Shown: positions 12,801 to 25,149, numbered from the stretch's first letter. The stretch: DNA of 64,000 nucleotides from Antedon mediterranea (GCF_964355755.1 NC_092670.1:5632201-5696200); one strand, 5' to 3'. Numbers and translations: made by a program. Notes: a model not told the origin generated them from the sequence alone.

Positions 12801-15800
12801 CCATACACTAATATGATTAATTTATAAAATATGCAAATGCTGTATGATTGTACTTACCATTTACCATCGTTGAGTTAGTAGTCCCTAATTGTAATTCTGC
12901 TGTTGCATCTACAATTAAATTTATGATATTCATGGAATTAAATAATTCTAGTATCGAGCTTGTTCTTCATTTTAAGTTCTCACAAATATGTGAAATTTTA
13001 AATATTAATTATGTATAGCTTGTTTGAAATTAATGTCTTTAATTTTATTTTAACATAAATAAAACTTACTACTAACGTTCTGTAAACACATTATGTAAAA
13101 TACTTAAAATGTCAACATACCTATGTCAATAACTTTCAGTCCTAGAGCAAACCCTCTGTTAACAACTGACAAGTCAGTTTTAAAAGTTATATTCAAGTGT
13201 GTTGTAACCAGAAGAGGGTTGTTACTATTCCATTCTGTCAGTAAAGTATTACCACTAACATCAACATAAGTTATAATCAAAAAGTCACAACAGCTTTCTA
13301 GCTCTATATCATAAAACGTGAGTAGAATTCCTTTATTTTGTGGACTTTCTACGATCCATTCGCAGTTGTGGTTGTTATCGTAGTTGTCAGGGTAATTTGG
13401 AGAAGTTATGTTGATAACATCATTACGATTTAGATAAATGTTTTCAACACAATCTGGTGACAAGAAGACAAGATTTGTTACTGATTAAGCAACACTTTAA
13501 CGACATAAAATATGTAGTTGTAAGTTTATCTGGATATTGCTAATTAATGGTAGTAGTAGTAGTAGTATTATAGACTAGTTACACCTGTTTTTATAATTTT
13601 TCGTTGCATCTCTATGTTGTGAAATGAAACTCTTTTTAACAGTCGACTAATTAAATTGTTAGAGTATATTTCTAAAATAATCACATTTCTAGTAATGTAA
13701 TCACAATAAGTGTACCTTTATTAACTTATTTAAAGCATAGTATTACCATTATATCTGTTTTTTTAAAAATAATATACTGTCTTTGATTGTTCCCTTATTT
13801 TGGTCTACACAAAAAACAATAACTTCAAATTATTACACTGTGTAAAAAAAGTTTAGAATACTAACCTAATAGTTCAATGACTTCAAGTGTTAGAGAAAAC
13901 CCTCTATTCACAATTGAAAAATCTGTATGAAATCTTATGTTCACGTTTTCTTTAGCTTGAATAGTTGTGTTAATACTTCTTCCAGTGAAAATTTCCGTCA
14001 CTTCGATGTTATCGATGACGTCAACATAAGTGATTGTCAAAAAGTCACAGCATCTCTCTAGGTCTATGTCATAAAACGTGAGTAGAATTCCAGTATTTGG
14101 TGGACTTTCTAAGATCCATTCGCAGTTGTGGTTGTTATCGTAGTTGTCAGGGTAATTTGGAGAAGTTATGTTGATAACATCATTATTGATTAAATATATG
14201 TTTTCAACACAATCTGGTGAGATAAGAAGACACGATTTGTTACTGATTAAGCAATAAATGAAATACACGAAATGTATAGCTGTAAGTGTATTTTGATATT
14301 GCTAATTGATGGTAGTAGTCTTAAGCTAGATAAAAATGCTTTTTATACCTTTTTTTTTTAATATATTTTTTTTATTCAGTATATTACACAGAAGCGCATT
14401 ACAAGGTGGAACCACCTTAGCTTCAAGGCGACTCAGATTAACAAATACAACATTTTAAAACAAAAAACTAACAGAAACATCAATCAAATCTTCCAGAATT
14501 ATTATGTTGTACATAATAAAACAATAAAGCATTTTCACAATTCGAAAGAAGATCGGAATCAAAAATAAAAATTTCACTTAAAAATTTAAAATTATACGTT
14601 AAAGATGGTACATGTCTATGCTGTTTTTAACAGTTGACTGATTAAATTGTTATAGTATATTCCTAAAATAATCCATTCCATTTCTAATGTAATAACAATA
14701 ACTTCACGTCCTTCTTCATCCTAAAAATACTTTATTAAATATAATAGATTTTAAAAGAAATGTTTAAAATGTCATGCTGTGTGTATTGTATACCTACCAT
14801 TTACCATCGTTGAGTTACTATTCTCTCTTTGAACGTCTGCTGTCGCATCTACAATTAAATGTGTGATATTCATGTGAGTGATGAAAGCTTATTTTTACTG
14901 TAGGTCTACCGTAGCTAAAATCATATCAATCTTACAAGAGAGAATACAAAATGTAACAATATTCCTAAACACAGGCCTAATCTTCAAAAGTTTGTGGATA
15001 AACTTAAATATTAGCATTTTGATATGACGTTAAAGACAATTAAACTTACCGGTTATGGTAACCCATTCAGTAACTATTTCTGTGCCCAAAGAAATATCTA
15101 AAGTAAAAAAAAAGTGATAAACAAATGTAAGTGGCAAGATAATCTACAAGAAAAAACAACTACTAATCTTCATGATTAGATTAAGAACAGGCTGCATTAA
15201 ACCAACCTATTATACTGTACTTCAAAAGGTTTCAGTATTTAAAAAACATGGATGTGACTTACCACCTATCGTAGTCGATATATTATTAAGGTTCTCAAAG
15301 ATTTTCTCATCGTTTCAAATAGAATAATTAATTAATATTCACTGTCACCGGGCGGTTTAAAATTTAATAAAACAACATATATATATTACATTATATTCCG
15401 ATATATAAATAATAAATATAATTTAGACGGTACGGTACCGTGCAATTACAAGTAATGTAAAACTAGAAAAATTTTAAAACAATTTTAAATCTTACTTTGA
15501 CACAGCATTAAATAGTCCGGACAACAGTCGGTAAGTTCTACACAGACGTTATCACAATAACAGTTTTTGTCCCACCTACCACATTTGCCTACACAGCTAC
15601 CTTCAAATAGAAACGTATCAATATATAAAGGACACATTTCGGTAAATCGCTTGTTAACTTCTAGAATGTTTACTTACTGGTATAGAAAGTTGATATATAC
15701 GTTTGGTAATGATTTTAACACATGGTGAAAACCCTACACTAATATGATTAATTTATAAAATATGCAAATGCTGTATGATTGTACTTACCATTTACCATCG

Positions 15801-18800
15801 TTGAGTTAGTAGTCTCTGATTGTAATTCTGCTGTTGCATCTACAATTAAATTTATGATATCCATGGAATTAAATAATTCTAGTATCGAGATTGTTCTTCA
15901 TTTAAGATCTCACAAATATGTGTAATTTTAAATATTAATTATTTTTAGCTTGTTTAAAATAAATATTGTCTTTAATTTTATTTTAACATAAATAAAACTT
16001 ACTACTAACGTTCTGTAAACACATTATGTAAAATACTTAAAATGTCAACATACCTTTGTCAATAACTTTCAGTCCTAGAGCAAACCCTCTGTTAACAACT
16101 GACAAGTCAGTTTGAAAAGTTATATTCACGTTATTTGTAACTAGAAGAGAGTTGTTACTATTCCATTCTGTCAGGAAAGTATCACCACTGACATCAACAT
16201 AAGTTATAATCAAAAAGTCACAACAGCTTTCTAGCTCTATATCATAAAACGTGAGTAGAATTCCTGTATTTTGTGGACTTTCTACGATCCATTCGCAGTT
16301 GTGGTTGTTATCGTAGTTGTCAGGGTAATTTAGAGAAGTTATGTTGATAACATCATTATTGGTTAAATATATGTTTTCAACACAATCAGCTGGTGAGATA
16401 AGAATACACGATTTGTTACTGATTAAGCAACACTTTAACGACATAAAATATGTAGTTGTAAGTTTATCTGGATATTGCTAATTAATGGTAGTAGTAGTAG
16501 TATTATATGTTGATAACATCATTACGGTTTAGATAAATGTTTTCAACACAATCTGGTGAGGTAAGAAGACAAGATTTGTTACTGATTAGGCAATAATTGA
16601 ACGACTCAAATAAATAATTGTTGTATGTTTATTTAGATATTGCTAATTAATAGTAAGTATTAGGCTAGTTACACCTGTTTTTTATAACTTCTCGATGAAT
16701 GTATATGTTGTCAAAGAAGCTGTATTTAACCATGGAGCTATACAATTTTATAGCTCCATGGTTTAACAGTCGACTGATTAAATAGAGTATGTATTATTTG
16801 TAGTTCGTGTATTTGAATATTGCTAATTAGTAGTAGTCTTAGGCTACATACACCTGTTTTTTGTTATATCTTTTCGGTGCATCTCTAAGTATTTTTTAGC
16901 TGTCAATTGATTACATTATTGTAGTATATTACTAATTCACTTTCTTCCTTTTTTAATTATAATATTCCAATTTAATTTTAATTAGGAGAAGTACTGTTGA
17001 TAACATCGATTTTGTTAAAATATACATGTCCGACACAATCCGTTGAGTTAATACAAACATTAATTTAGTATTTCAAAGTGAATGCAATGACAAAACCTAA
17101 ATCTACCTTTCAAAATTCATCATGTAAATAATTACATCTCATTTGATACCGACTAATTTAATCAGGATTCAATTAACTCGAAATATAAATCAATTGTTAA
17201 GACGTATTTCGTATTATTTTAATGAATAATAGTAAAGAAATTATCGTTGATATAAAGTTTGCGGTACACCACGTATATTAGTTCTGAAAAGAACTGTTGA
17301 GTTTCTCGACGTTTCGATCAATATCCTTTGATCGTCCTCAGGAGTGAGAATCTGTGGACGATATCAAAGCATATTGATCGAAACGTCAAGAAACTCAACA
17401 GGTCTTTTCAGAACTAATATACGTGGTGTACCGCAAACTTTAAAGACATTATCATTATGAATCAGCTTTTGTAACATTATTGATTTGATAATGGTTATTT
17501 TATTATTAATTAAAATTGGACAGTTTACCTTATCTATTGTACTACATCTACTGTAACTATAATTTGAATCCGATAGCCATATTTGAAAATGTATTATTAC
17601 TTAATCTTTTTTTTTATCAACTCATACAAAATATGAAAAAAATGATTATTAATAAAATTACACGTTGAATAGGCCATTTTACAGTTAAGTACTTCATATT
17701 TCTATTATTATAGTTACTTTTACACATACAAAAAAAACATTGATTATTTAACATTTAAAAAGGCAAAAATGGTTAGTTTAACCTAAAACCCGTTTTTCTG
17801 AAAGAGATATAGGCTACGCGTTATTGTTACATCTTCATGTAAGTTTATATTCTCGATCGATCAATAGTATAGTTTATAACTTAAGTACGCTTGTAAATCT
17901 GTTGTTTATTTAATTTATTATTTTGCATTTGTACTTACCATGTATTATCGTTGGGATATTATTATCTGTCTGGAATTCTATGTTTGCATCTGTATAGCCT
18001 AATAAAATATAGAATTGTTTTAATAAATAAATAAATATAAGACAATCAATTAATTGTCTATTAGACAATTAATTTATTAACCAAAAACGTCATTTATCTC
18101 ATATACTGTAATATTTGTGAAATGTCACTTCCCTGATCGTACATACAACATAGCAGCGAAAACCAAACTAATTAACATCACAGATCGGTTAAAATATTCC
18201 ATTGACAGTTAGATTTAACCCAATTTAGTACCAAATTCCCGAGAGAGAGCCATTTCCCCTCAACCGAATTCTTTTCAGAACAGCATTTTTATAGTACTCC
18301 AGGGAGTTGACATTTTTAAAACAGTAATTTCATCATTTTATCATAAATGTATGAAAATATGTTTCAAAAAACAAATATTCCTTATTAAATTTCCTGTAAA
18401 ATGATGTATAATGAATATTTGTATGATTTATTTTTATTTATGAAATGTATGAATTAAAAAAAATAAAATTTTTAAATAAAATTTCCAAGAAATTGCTTTA
18501 AAAAAAACTCATCTCAACTTTAACTCATGCACACACAGGGTTGAGTTTTTTTTTTCTCTTTTGTGAGATTCACTAATCTTTATTTCATATTTTTGTTTTA
18601 TACTTAGGCCCTATTTTGAATAAATACATGTCTTTGTAATCAATCATTTCTTGTCTCAGTTTTTGTTTCTCTTATTTTGTTTTTCCATTTACAGTATACT
18701 TTACACCACAGGCGCCAAGCATTAATTTTGAAACGCCCGGCCTGGTGATATTCTGAAAATTAATTATATAATATACATATATTTCTTTTTATAGGCCTAT

Positions 18801-21103
18801 TACTTTGTTATAAGTTGAATTAAAGTAATACAACGAGGACTGAAATATTAATCAGAAGAACAAACAAAGTTGAAATTTTCCGGAAATTTGATATTTTCAG
18901 ATGGATCAGATATAGCCCGACGGCGGTATTAATAAGGAAGGAAAAGGCGGTCAAATTAATAATGAAAATCAGGGTTATTGTCTAAAGCTTAAGTTGGATT
19001 TTTAATATTGTATAGGCAAAGTGTAGCAGTATCGGAAAGCGCTTCTTTTGTTTCAGGTGCTTAAAGGGCATATAGATATTATAGTTCACTATCATTTCTC
19101 TGGTACTAGCTATCAATCAAAACGCCTATAATATTGAATATTTTGTTTACACATTTACCAATTATAAATAATATTGTACCTCTTATCCTAAAAGCTGTTG
19201 CTACAGGAATATCGCAAACGTAATAGGAAACACAATTTGAAACATAAATACAATAATTTACATTAAAAAACATGAATAAAATATTATGAAAAACGCGCCT
19301 TTTCCTGGTCAGCTGCTGTTCTATACCCTTGCAAACTCGATCCGGAAAGCTGAACCGCTCAACACATTTAAACAACTCCTCAAATCCCACTATTTTAATT
19401 TTTAATCAATAATTGTTTGCTATTTTATAACATTTTCTGTTGATTATGTTAAATTTGTATTCGTTTTTGTCGACAGGACCACAATGCAAAACAGGTATAT
19501 TTCTACTTGATTGTGTATAATTCTGTATAAATATGTTGTTAAATAAATAAATAAATAAAAAGAGGCGCTATATTAAATTGAAGATTATTATTATTATAAT
19601 TTAGTCCAGCGATCAAACAAAAATGTTATTTAATGAGAACATTTTAACATAAACAGCAATAATGAAAAATATAATACAGATTATAATTCAACTACAATAT
19701 ATGTTGTGTAAACTATCTCTTTTTCTGTTCTGTTATACGACATATTGATTTCCAGAAAAACTGTTATTATTTTTCTGAATTTATTGGTATAAAATAGAAT
19801 ACAAAGCGATATTATTTCTGCTTTATTTTTTTTAAATTTCTATCTGTACTCTCACTTGAACCGATAAAGAAAAAGTGTTGCCTGAAAGCTCTGCAAATTG
19901 TTCTGACTTTTTTACTTTATCGTTTTTTGCTTATTTAATTTGTGACTTTTTAAATTTTCCAGTTATTTGGATTTATTTACTGCTCACATATTTATAAGAC
20001 ATATAATTATAATATGAATTTTAAATGATTAAATTTAGCAATAAAAATATTTATTGATTAAAAAATGTAATTTTCTACTATTATAAAAAAAAAAATTCCC
20101 ATCATGCTCATCATTTGGTAATTTAACCATAGTTACAACTGGAGAATTTCTAGATCGTTTTATGGAGAAACTTAGGTGTTCTAATGAGAGTATTGGATCT
20201 TAATATCCTATTGGAGGCATTGAGAGCGACTATCTTAAAACGTTAGACTTTAACATCTGTTTTACAGTACTTAAAGTAAGATCATTTCACCTTTGTTGAA
20301 GCAAAGGCAGCTTCAGCAAGGTACAGGCTTGATCCTAGTTTTCTAGAGTTATTAAATATATTTATTTCCTTTTCTATTTTTACTAAAAACATTTGCAAAC
20401 AAAACGATTTATTTAAACACATAATTATTCTTGTGTTTGCATATTAAACAATTTCGACCTATTCTTTCAAACACATAAATATATTGGCAACGATTTTAAA
20501 CTAACTTGTGAGTGGTGACAAAATACTTATTTTATTAAACATTTTTAAAATATGGTTAAGCCGCATCAAGTTACATCACATGTAATTCATTCAGTCAGTC
20601 AGTCATTGCCAATTTTGATTTAAATAAAATAAAATGAAAATTGGAAATCGCCTCGCTGTCTCTGCCAGATAAGCACACCTATGATTCTTATCATCCACAA
20701 ACAATACTTACTCTAAAACACATAATTCGATAGTCTTGCCTTCCACATTTGAATATCTAGGCCTATTGGGCCTACTTTTTAACAGTTAAATCATAACAGT
20801 TAAAATGTTATTTTCAGACCAGTTTCAGTAACAGTTCTAGTAAATAGACTTAACTCTACAGCTCACTATGTCGGCCTATTGGTCGGTTGGTTGGTTGGTC
20901 GGTCGGTCGGTCGGTCGGTCGGTAAACATTAATTCAAATTTGCGGGCTTCGGGCTTGAAACCTATGGTTTTAACAAACTAAACGCTAAAGCCATGATTAA
21001 AGAGTATAAATGAAAGCAAAAGCTAAAGAAAAAGTGCCATACCGTTTGTATATACTATAAATGTAAAATTCCAAATAAACTTCAACAATTGAATTGCATT
21101 CAT
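732..21103 (-). CDS. Gene 1: multi-exon type-I membrane protein, signal peptide - CUB - [SMB-CUB-CUB]x3 - Ser/Thr mucin stalk - SEA-like domain - TM - short tail
   Basis: Phase-consistent GT/AG exons, 5'->3' on minus strand: 21043-21103 (or 24145-24205), 17939-17989, 16054-16389 CUB, 15789-15839, 15496-15600 SMB, 15050-15097, 14798-14848, 13866-14213 CUB, 13121-13453 CUB, 12858-12908, 12565-12669 SMB, 12114-12161, 11862-11912, 10932-11279 CUB, 10190-10522 CUB, 9923-9973, 9649-9753 SMB, 9293-9340, 9033-9083, 8165-8512 CUB, 7341-7673 CUB, 3735-7151 mucin, 3514-3560, 3246-3355, 2551-2765, 1681-1894 TM, 1318-1412, 732-808 (stop TAA). Linkage of the 5' exons is inferred. Confidence 0.8.
963..1240. 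mobile_element. Small inverted-repeat (MITE-like) element carrying a copy of an exon fragment
   Basis: gtaacgttacggcgagttgcgtt (963) versus aacgcaactcgtcgtaacgttac (1197) are inverted repeats; the interior 1114-1192 copies exon sequence 1335-1412. Confidence 0.5.
1318..1412 (-). CDS. Gene 1 cytoplasmic exon (YNRPGQIKYPDNNVLPSSVSVDVDGSSSHSS)
   Basis: aag acceptor and gtaggc donor, phases 2->1 fit neighbouring exons; homologous to 35950-36053. Confidence 0.75.
1681..1894 (-). CDS. Gene 1 transmembrane exon
   Basis: [27 protein letters not shown]...YTVFVVIGICCFAVAVVVVFAVYK; hydrophobic helix, splice sites present, paralogous to 36641-36851. Confidence 0.85.
2551..3560 (-). CDS. Gene 1 juxtamembrane SEA-like domain exons (3514-3560, 3246-3355, 2551-2765)
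   Basis: SDNYIEAVSLILHGQE / EQWTTAKEIFRFITSNAVNTFCYLNAALCCVW / ...NITTQENIKLIED...IVLSVKYKDYFETC...ERRKRD; same exon structure as gene 2; the SEA-like label is an inference. Confidence 0.7.
3735..7151 (-). CDS. Gene 1 giant Ser/Thr/Glu-rich mucin-like stalk exon (~1139 aa)
   Basis: ORF 3676..7200; ttcag acceptor before 7151, gtaagc donor after 3735; T/S/E/D-rich with internal ~1.2-kb duplication. Confidence 0.85.
7341..7673 (-). CDS. CUB domain exon (type A, 333 bp)
   Basis: DCVENIYL...ITSPNYPDNYDNNHNCEWIV...FYDLELENCCDFL...FQTDFSVVNRGF. Confidence 0.9.
7963..8068. mobile_element. Short Helentron/DINE-like (HINE-type) repeat with GTCG microsatellite; related copies at ~1470-1570, ~20850-20930, ~53860-53973
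   Basis: tttagtcgcgtg..cgcgac hairpin, cactatgtcggtcggtcgg microsatellite, 3' cacgcgac...ggccttgtt; four dispersed copies in the window. Confidence 0.55.
8165..8512 (-). CDS. CUB domain exon (type B, 348 bp)
   Basis: DCFENIYL...CKWIVYSPENTGILLTFYDIDLERCCDFL...FYTDFSIVNRGF. Confidence 0.9.
9649..9753 (-). CDS. Somatomedin-B (SMB) domain exon
   Basis: GSCVGKCGRWDKNCYCDNACEELTDCCPDYLLLCQ, 8-Cys SMB pattern (CxCDxxC-x5-CCxDY-x3-C); phase 1-1 splice sites; too short for the ORF track. Confidence 0.88.
10190..10522 (-). CDS. CUB domain exon (type A)
   Basis: ORF 10173..10532, CUB motifs, splice sites. Confidence 0.9.
10932..11279 (-). CDS. CUB domain exon (type B)
   Basis: ORF 10927..11334, CUB motifs, splice sites. 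Confidence 0.9.
12565..12669 (-). CDS. Somatomedin-B domain exon (copy 2)
   Basis: GSCVGKCGRWDKNCYCDNVCAELTDCCPDYLMLCQ. Confidence 0.88.
13121..13453 (-). CDS. CUB domain exon (type A)
   Basis: ORF 13104..13463. Confidence 0.9.
13866..14213 (-). CDS. CUB domain exon (type B)
   Basis: ORF 13861..14268. Confidence 0.9.
15496..15600 (-). CDS. Somatomedin-B domain exon (copy 3)
   Basis: GSCVGKCGRWDKNCYCDNVCVELTDCCPDYLMLCQ. Confidence 0.88.
16054..16389 (-). CDS. CUB domain exon (type A, most 5')
   Basis: ORF 16037..16444. Confidence 0.88.
16505..17045 (-). pseudogene. Truncated or decayed CUB exon 5' remnants (~16505-16560 and ~16983-17045)
   Basis: tatgttgataacatcattacggtttagataaatgttttcaacacaatctggtgag and a diverged ggagaagtactgttgataacatcg...acacaatc, lacking the rest of the domain. 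Confidence 0.6.
17253..17442. mobile_element. Penelope-like terminal repeat in inverted (hairpin) arrangement with minimal hammerhead ribozyme motif
   Basis: ~90-bp inverted arms; minus strand 17303-17350 reads ctcCTGAGGAc-gatcaa..ttgatc-GAAAcgTCgagaa; same sequence as 37063-37135 plus 38792-38826. Confidence 0.7.
21043..21103 (-). CDS. Gene 1 candidate first exon A (signal peptide MNAIQLLKFIWNFTFIVYTNG)
   Basis: ATG at 21103, 61 bp, phase-1 gtatgg donor matching the downstream phase-1 exons. Confidence 0.6.
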
Positions 21104-21217
21104 TTTGTGACCTGCTACCTGTGTCTGATTATCAAGGCATAACGCAACGGATACAATGGGTTTCGATTACTAGCAGAAATTAACAGCTACCTTAGTTCAC
21201 GATTGACAGTATTTCAT

Positions 21218-21230
21218 GTCTCCTGGCAAC
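21218..21230 (-). promoter_or_regulatory. RFX X-box-like motif GTTGCCAGGAGAC
   Basis: 115-127 bp upstream of first exon A ATG; conserved in the duplicated promoter. Confidence 0.5.
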
Positions 21231-23839
21231 GGTATTCTTCTTAAAAGGCAGCCGAGGTATATCAGTAAAACTGTATACTAGAAGTTGACAGATTTGATTT
21301 AGATCAATCGTTGGTTTTATGCTAGTATAGGCTAGCTATGAATGAAAAGGAGAATTTCATAGAAATCGAACAAAGAGTTATTTATCAATGAACGAATGAA
21401 AATAATACATTGCGTCTTTTTAAATAACTGTAGAATCAATTATATATGTATACACTAATCAATATAGTATATGCTCTTCACTTAAATGTCAGTCAACAGG
21501 AAATAAAATGCCTTTTATATAGAGCCAAGTGCATTTCTGTGCAGCTGTAAATACGCATTCTTCACTTATACTAGCGTGTTGAAGTAGAATCATAAATATT
21601 ATACAAGGTATTATTTATGGACATAACGCATTATTATATCTATCTATTCGGATTTCTATATTGTTAACTAGTTAGGCCTAAACGTATGGCATAGGGAGTA
21701 ATAATAAATAATACATTTTGTTACGCCACAAAACAGTGAGATGCGTTCATAAAAAAAATGGTTAAAACAATAATAGTCAAACCAATAAAAATAAACATTT
21801 AGGCCTAAAGTAACAAAGACTCATCACAGTCAAGAAAAGTCAAGATTCAATATATTAATTTTTGCTTTTTTTTTGCTCCTAAAGAAATTAAGAGCAAGGT
21901 CAAAAGGATTTCATGACCAATTGTATCAAATTCCTTTACTTGTTAAGATCAAGCAAAATACTAATAGACCTAGTATTGTATGTGATACAAAACTTTATAG
22001 GCCTAATAATGTTTTCGATTTGTAGGCCTACGGGAAGGTATCCATAACAATAGTGATATAGAGGCACATTATTCAGTCATGCATCATTCTATCACAATCA
22101 ATCAAACTAGGTTTGTATTCAAATATTAACAATGTTACCTAAATCCTTTGATATATGCTCTGAAGACATGACAACATTATTCATGTATTAATGCAAATTG
22201 AGAATAAAATGATCAATATTTATCGCGTGTGGTAGAATATTTTATTAGACTAAAATGTTTCGATTTGTAGGCCTAAAGACAAGAAATTATTTGGTATAAA
22301 ATGATCGATATTTGACGCGTGTGGTAGCACATTATTATGAGACTTTGTTTTAAATCATTATTAATTCGTATTGTATATTTTTTTAATAGAAAATAAAGAT
22401 TGATTGAGACCGCCTGGAGTGAAAAACCAGGCATTGGTATTATCCAAACGAGACTTCACGTTCATTTTACATTTAATTTTAACTCGTCACTTTGACCAGT
22501 GAAGAGTGTAATTTCACTCGTTTTCTCTGCTTTGACGAATTGGAGATAATTTTTGGATATCTAATAAAAATAAGTATTATTAATATAAGTTATAAATAGT
22601 TTCATATATGATATATCCACAAAGCCATTGGAGTCACCTTCCAAAAGTACATAATAATCTTGTTTGATTAGAAAAATATTTGAGCATGCTGAAATTTTGA
22701 CGGGTAGGCCTAATTACGCGCACAAATTTCTACTGCGTACACGTATATTTTGTTTAAATAAACGTTGACACTTGACTTGTAGTTTATGCGTTGTAAATTT
22801 GATTGATTGATATCTGATAAGTGGTTATGGATATAGGATTGATATAATGGATGAATAAGTTAGAAAATGACACTTTGATGACGTCAAGGTTTATGATCAC
22901 GCTGAAAAGCTCATTATGGCCAGTACGTGTTATTAGAGGAAACCCATTGATTTTAATATCTACGTCAAATCTACAGAGAAAGACATATATTAACTAGATT
23001 TTAATTCATCATTTTGACGAAGTATAGGTAATCTTGTGATTTACTTTACTTCACTTTCTTTCCATTCATAAACCAACATAAATAAGCACACATTGTAGTA
23101 CATCCACGCTAACGCAACATTGTCGTCCACAATACATTTTTTGAGGGTCACCGTTCATTCTGGAAATCTTTAAAATCTTTAATAGTCACTCGCATACTGT
23201 ACATATAAAAGTAACACATCGAAATGCCAACTTCAAGTCAATGGCTACCAGAAGTCTCTGTGAGATGGTTATTTGTTCCAGTACCAGTACGTCTTATTTT
23301 GTGCAAATAACGCTGGCCCCTGCCTGAATTTTACGTGTAGTGAATTTTATATCCTGATTGTATTGAGATATGATTTTAAAAATGTATTCGAACGCTTTGA
23401 ATAAACGCCTTCTTCGAATAAACTTCCCCCATAGAACAACATTTTTAATAACTTTCTCTCGAATAAACGCCTCGAGGCCTTTATTTCCTCGAATAAACGC
23501 CCCGCCACATGCATATAATTATTACCACAATAATTGTATTACAACACATTTCTATTTGTAGTAGAATTATTCATTGATTGACATGATCTATTATTTACCA
23601 GACCAAATAATAGTCAAGTCGTTACGTAGGCATGACCTAATCTGTGAAACGCACCTATGGGTCATCTAAAAATATGAGTAGTCATGCTAGTTTTGTAAAT
23701 TTGCAGTAAAACGAATTGATTTGCTTCTAAGTTAATCAATTGTTAATGTCCGATAAGTTAAGGCATGGGCGCAATTTACGTGGCGGCGCTAAAATGTAGG
23801 CATAGGTCGGGGCCGACTAGCACCTAGTTTTGGTGGTGG

Positions 23840-23945
23840 AACAAGTCGTCTCGGATAAGGACTATAAACCGTTTGTTCGTGTACACTTTAAAGGACTCAG
23901 TTCATTATTCGAGACGAGTACGGGGTTACCACGGTGAATGAACTG
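23840..23945 (+). mobile_element. SINE central-domain-like fragment
   Basis: ggataaggactataaaccg...cgtgtacactttaaagga...ttcgagacgagtacgggg resembles conserved invertebrate SINE cores (from memory). Confidence 0.35.
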
Positions 23946-24144
23946 GTTCACAAAATATCCCCCTGTTTAGGGGAGGAGTAGTTACGACCTATTTGATAGG
24001 ACAGTAATTCATTTACTATATGCTAATTCATAACATAAAAATACTATTTGGAAAATAAAGAATAACAGAGCTAAAAAATTGTCTTAAGATATTCAGGACC
24101 ATGATATGAAACATTATAAACAAAATGAATAACAGTAGGCCTAC

Positions 24145-24205
24145 CGTTTGCATATACAGTTGTTGATAAAATCCAAGTCAGCTTAAAACATTGAATTAAA
24201 TTCAT
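24145..24205 (-). CDS. Gene 1 candidate first exon B (signal peptide MNLIQCFKLTWILSTTVYANG)
   Basis: ATG at 24205, 61 bp, phase-1 gtaggc donor; paralogous to exon A. Confidence 0.55.
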
Positions 24206-24335
24206 TGTGCGACCAACCAACAACAACAACCAACTGCATGCTATTTCATTATAATTCTATAACGTAACATATTAACGCGTTTCAGTTCTGTACCACTGTT
24301 TCCAATAATAATATGAAAGTATATTATGCGTCGGC

Positions 24336-24348
24336 GTCTCCTAGCAAC
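24336..24348 (-). promoter_or_regulatory. RFX X-box-like motif GTTGCTAGGAGAC
   Basis: 131-143 bp upstream of first exon B ATG. Confidence 0.5.
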
Positions 24349-25149
24349 GATAACCTTTCTTTCAAAGGGGGATTCCGAGTTTAAAATGACTATTAAAATT
24401 TATCTATCTATCTATATATAAAAGGCAATCACAAACAGTGTGTCCTCTAATACACGCCGCCGTAAAACTTTCGATCCGTCTGAATTTAACACCCAACATC
24501 CATTTTGCTAAAGAGATGGTCATAGTCTATATGAGAAGTTCGTAAACTACATATTAGGCCTACGGAATTATGAATTATTAAATATTTTTAAAAAATACCT
24601 CGGGGTCAATAGGCTATCAAATGTGGAATTTTCAAAGGGCGTCATTCAAAAATATAGGCTGAAACCGTGCAAACGGCACCATTACCGTTTAGAAAGGCGA
24701 GTCAAAAGGTTAGGCCCAATTTTCAAGTAAAAGAACAGCCACGTGGTCGATCGTTGATTAGTGTACTTCAATTCACTTCCATTTGTAATATAATATACAT
24801 TTATAGGATGATTTATTTAGGCTTTATAACTGGTAAGTATCAATTCGGGCCTACTACTCTAGATAGTCTTGCTTATTCGATTTTTAACTGGGCCAAATCA
24901 GCTTCTTTTTTTTTTGGAGTGGAATATTAACAGTTGACGAAGATCGAGACCACACGTACGAACGACGATCGTGCCTTTTTTTACCTCAATATTTACGGCC
25001 GATTTTTAGAGGTTCTGGAGCGTTAGATTTAGATTATTTAGAAGCTGAATTGATTTAATATTTAATATTGTGTTAACAAGCGTTTTTTTTTACCTTATTT
25101 AATGAGGGTGACCCATCCAGCACTTGCTGATCATTTGGGTCCCTCTGGT

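Larger units (their letters stand above)
7341..16510. repeat. Tandem ~2.85-2.93-kb exon-plus-intron cassette (about 3.1 copies)
   Basis: Equivalent CUB-A donor sites at 7341, 10190, 13121 and 16054; introns are near-identical between the 10.2-13.1 kb and 13.1-16.0 kb units. Confidence 0.9.

Noticed and set aside
23050-23335. Possible extra exon between the two first exons
   Set aside because: No convincing open, phase-compatible frame or recognisable domain found
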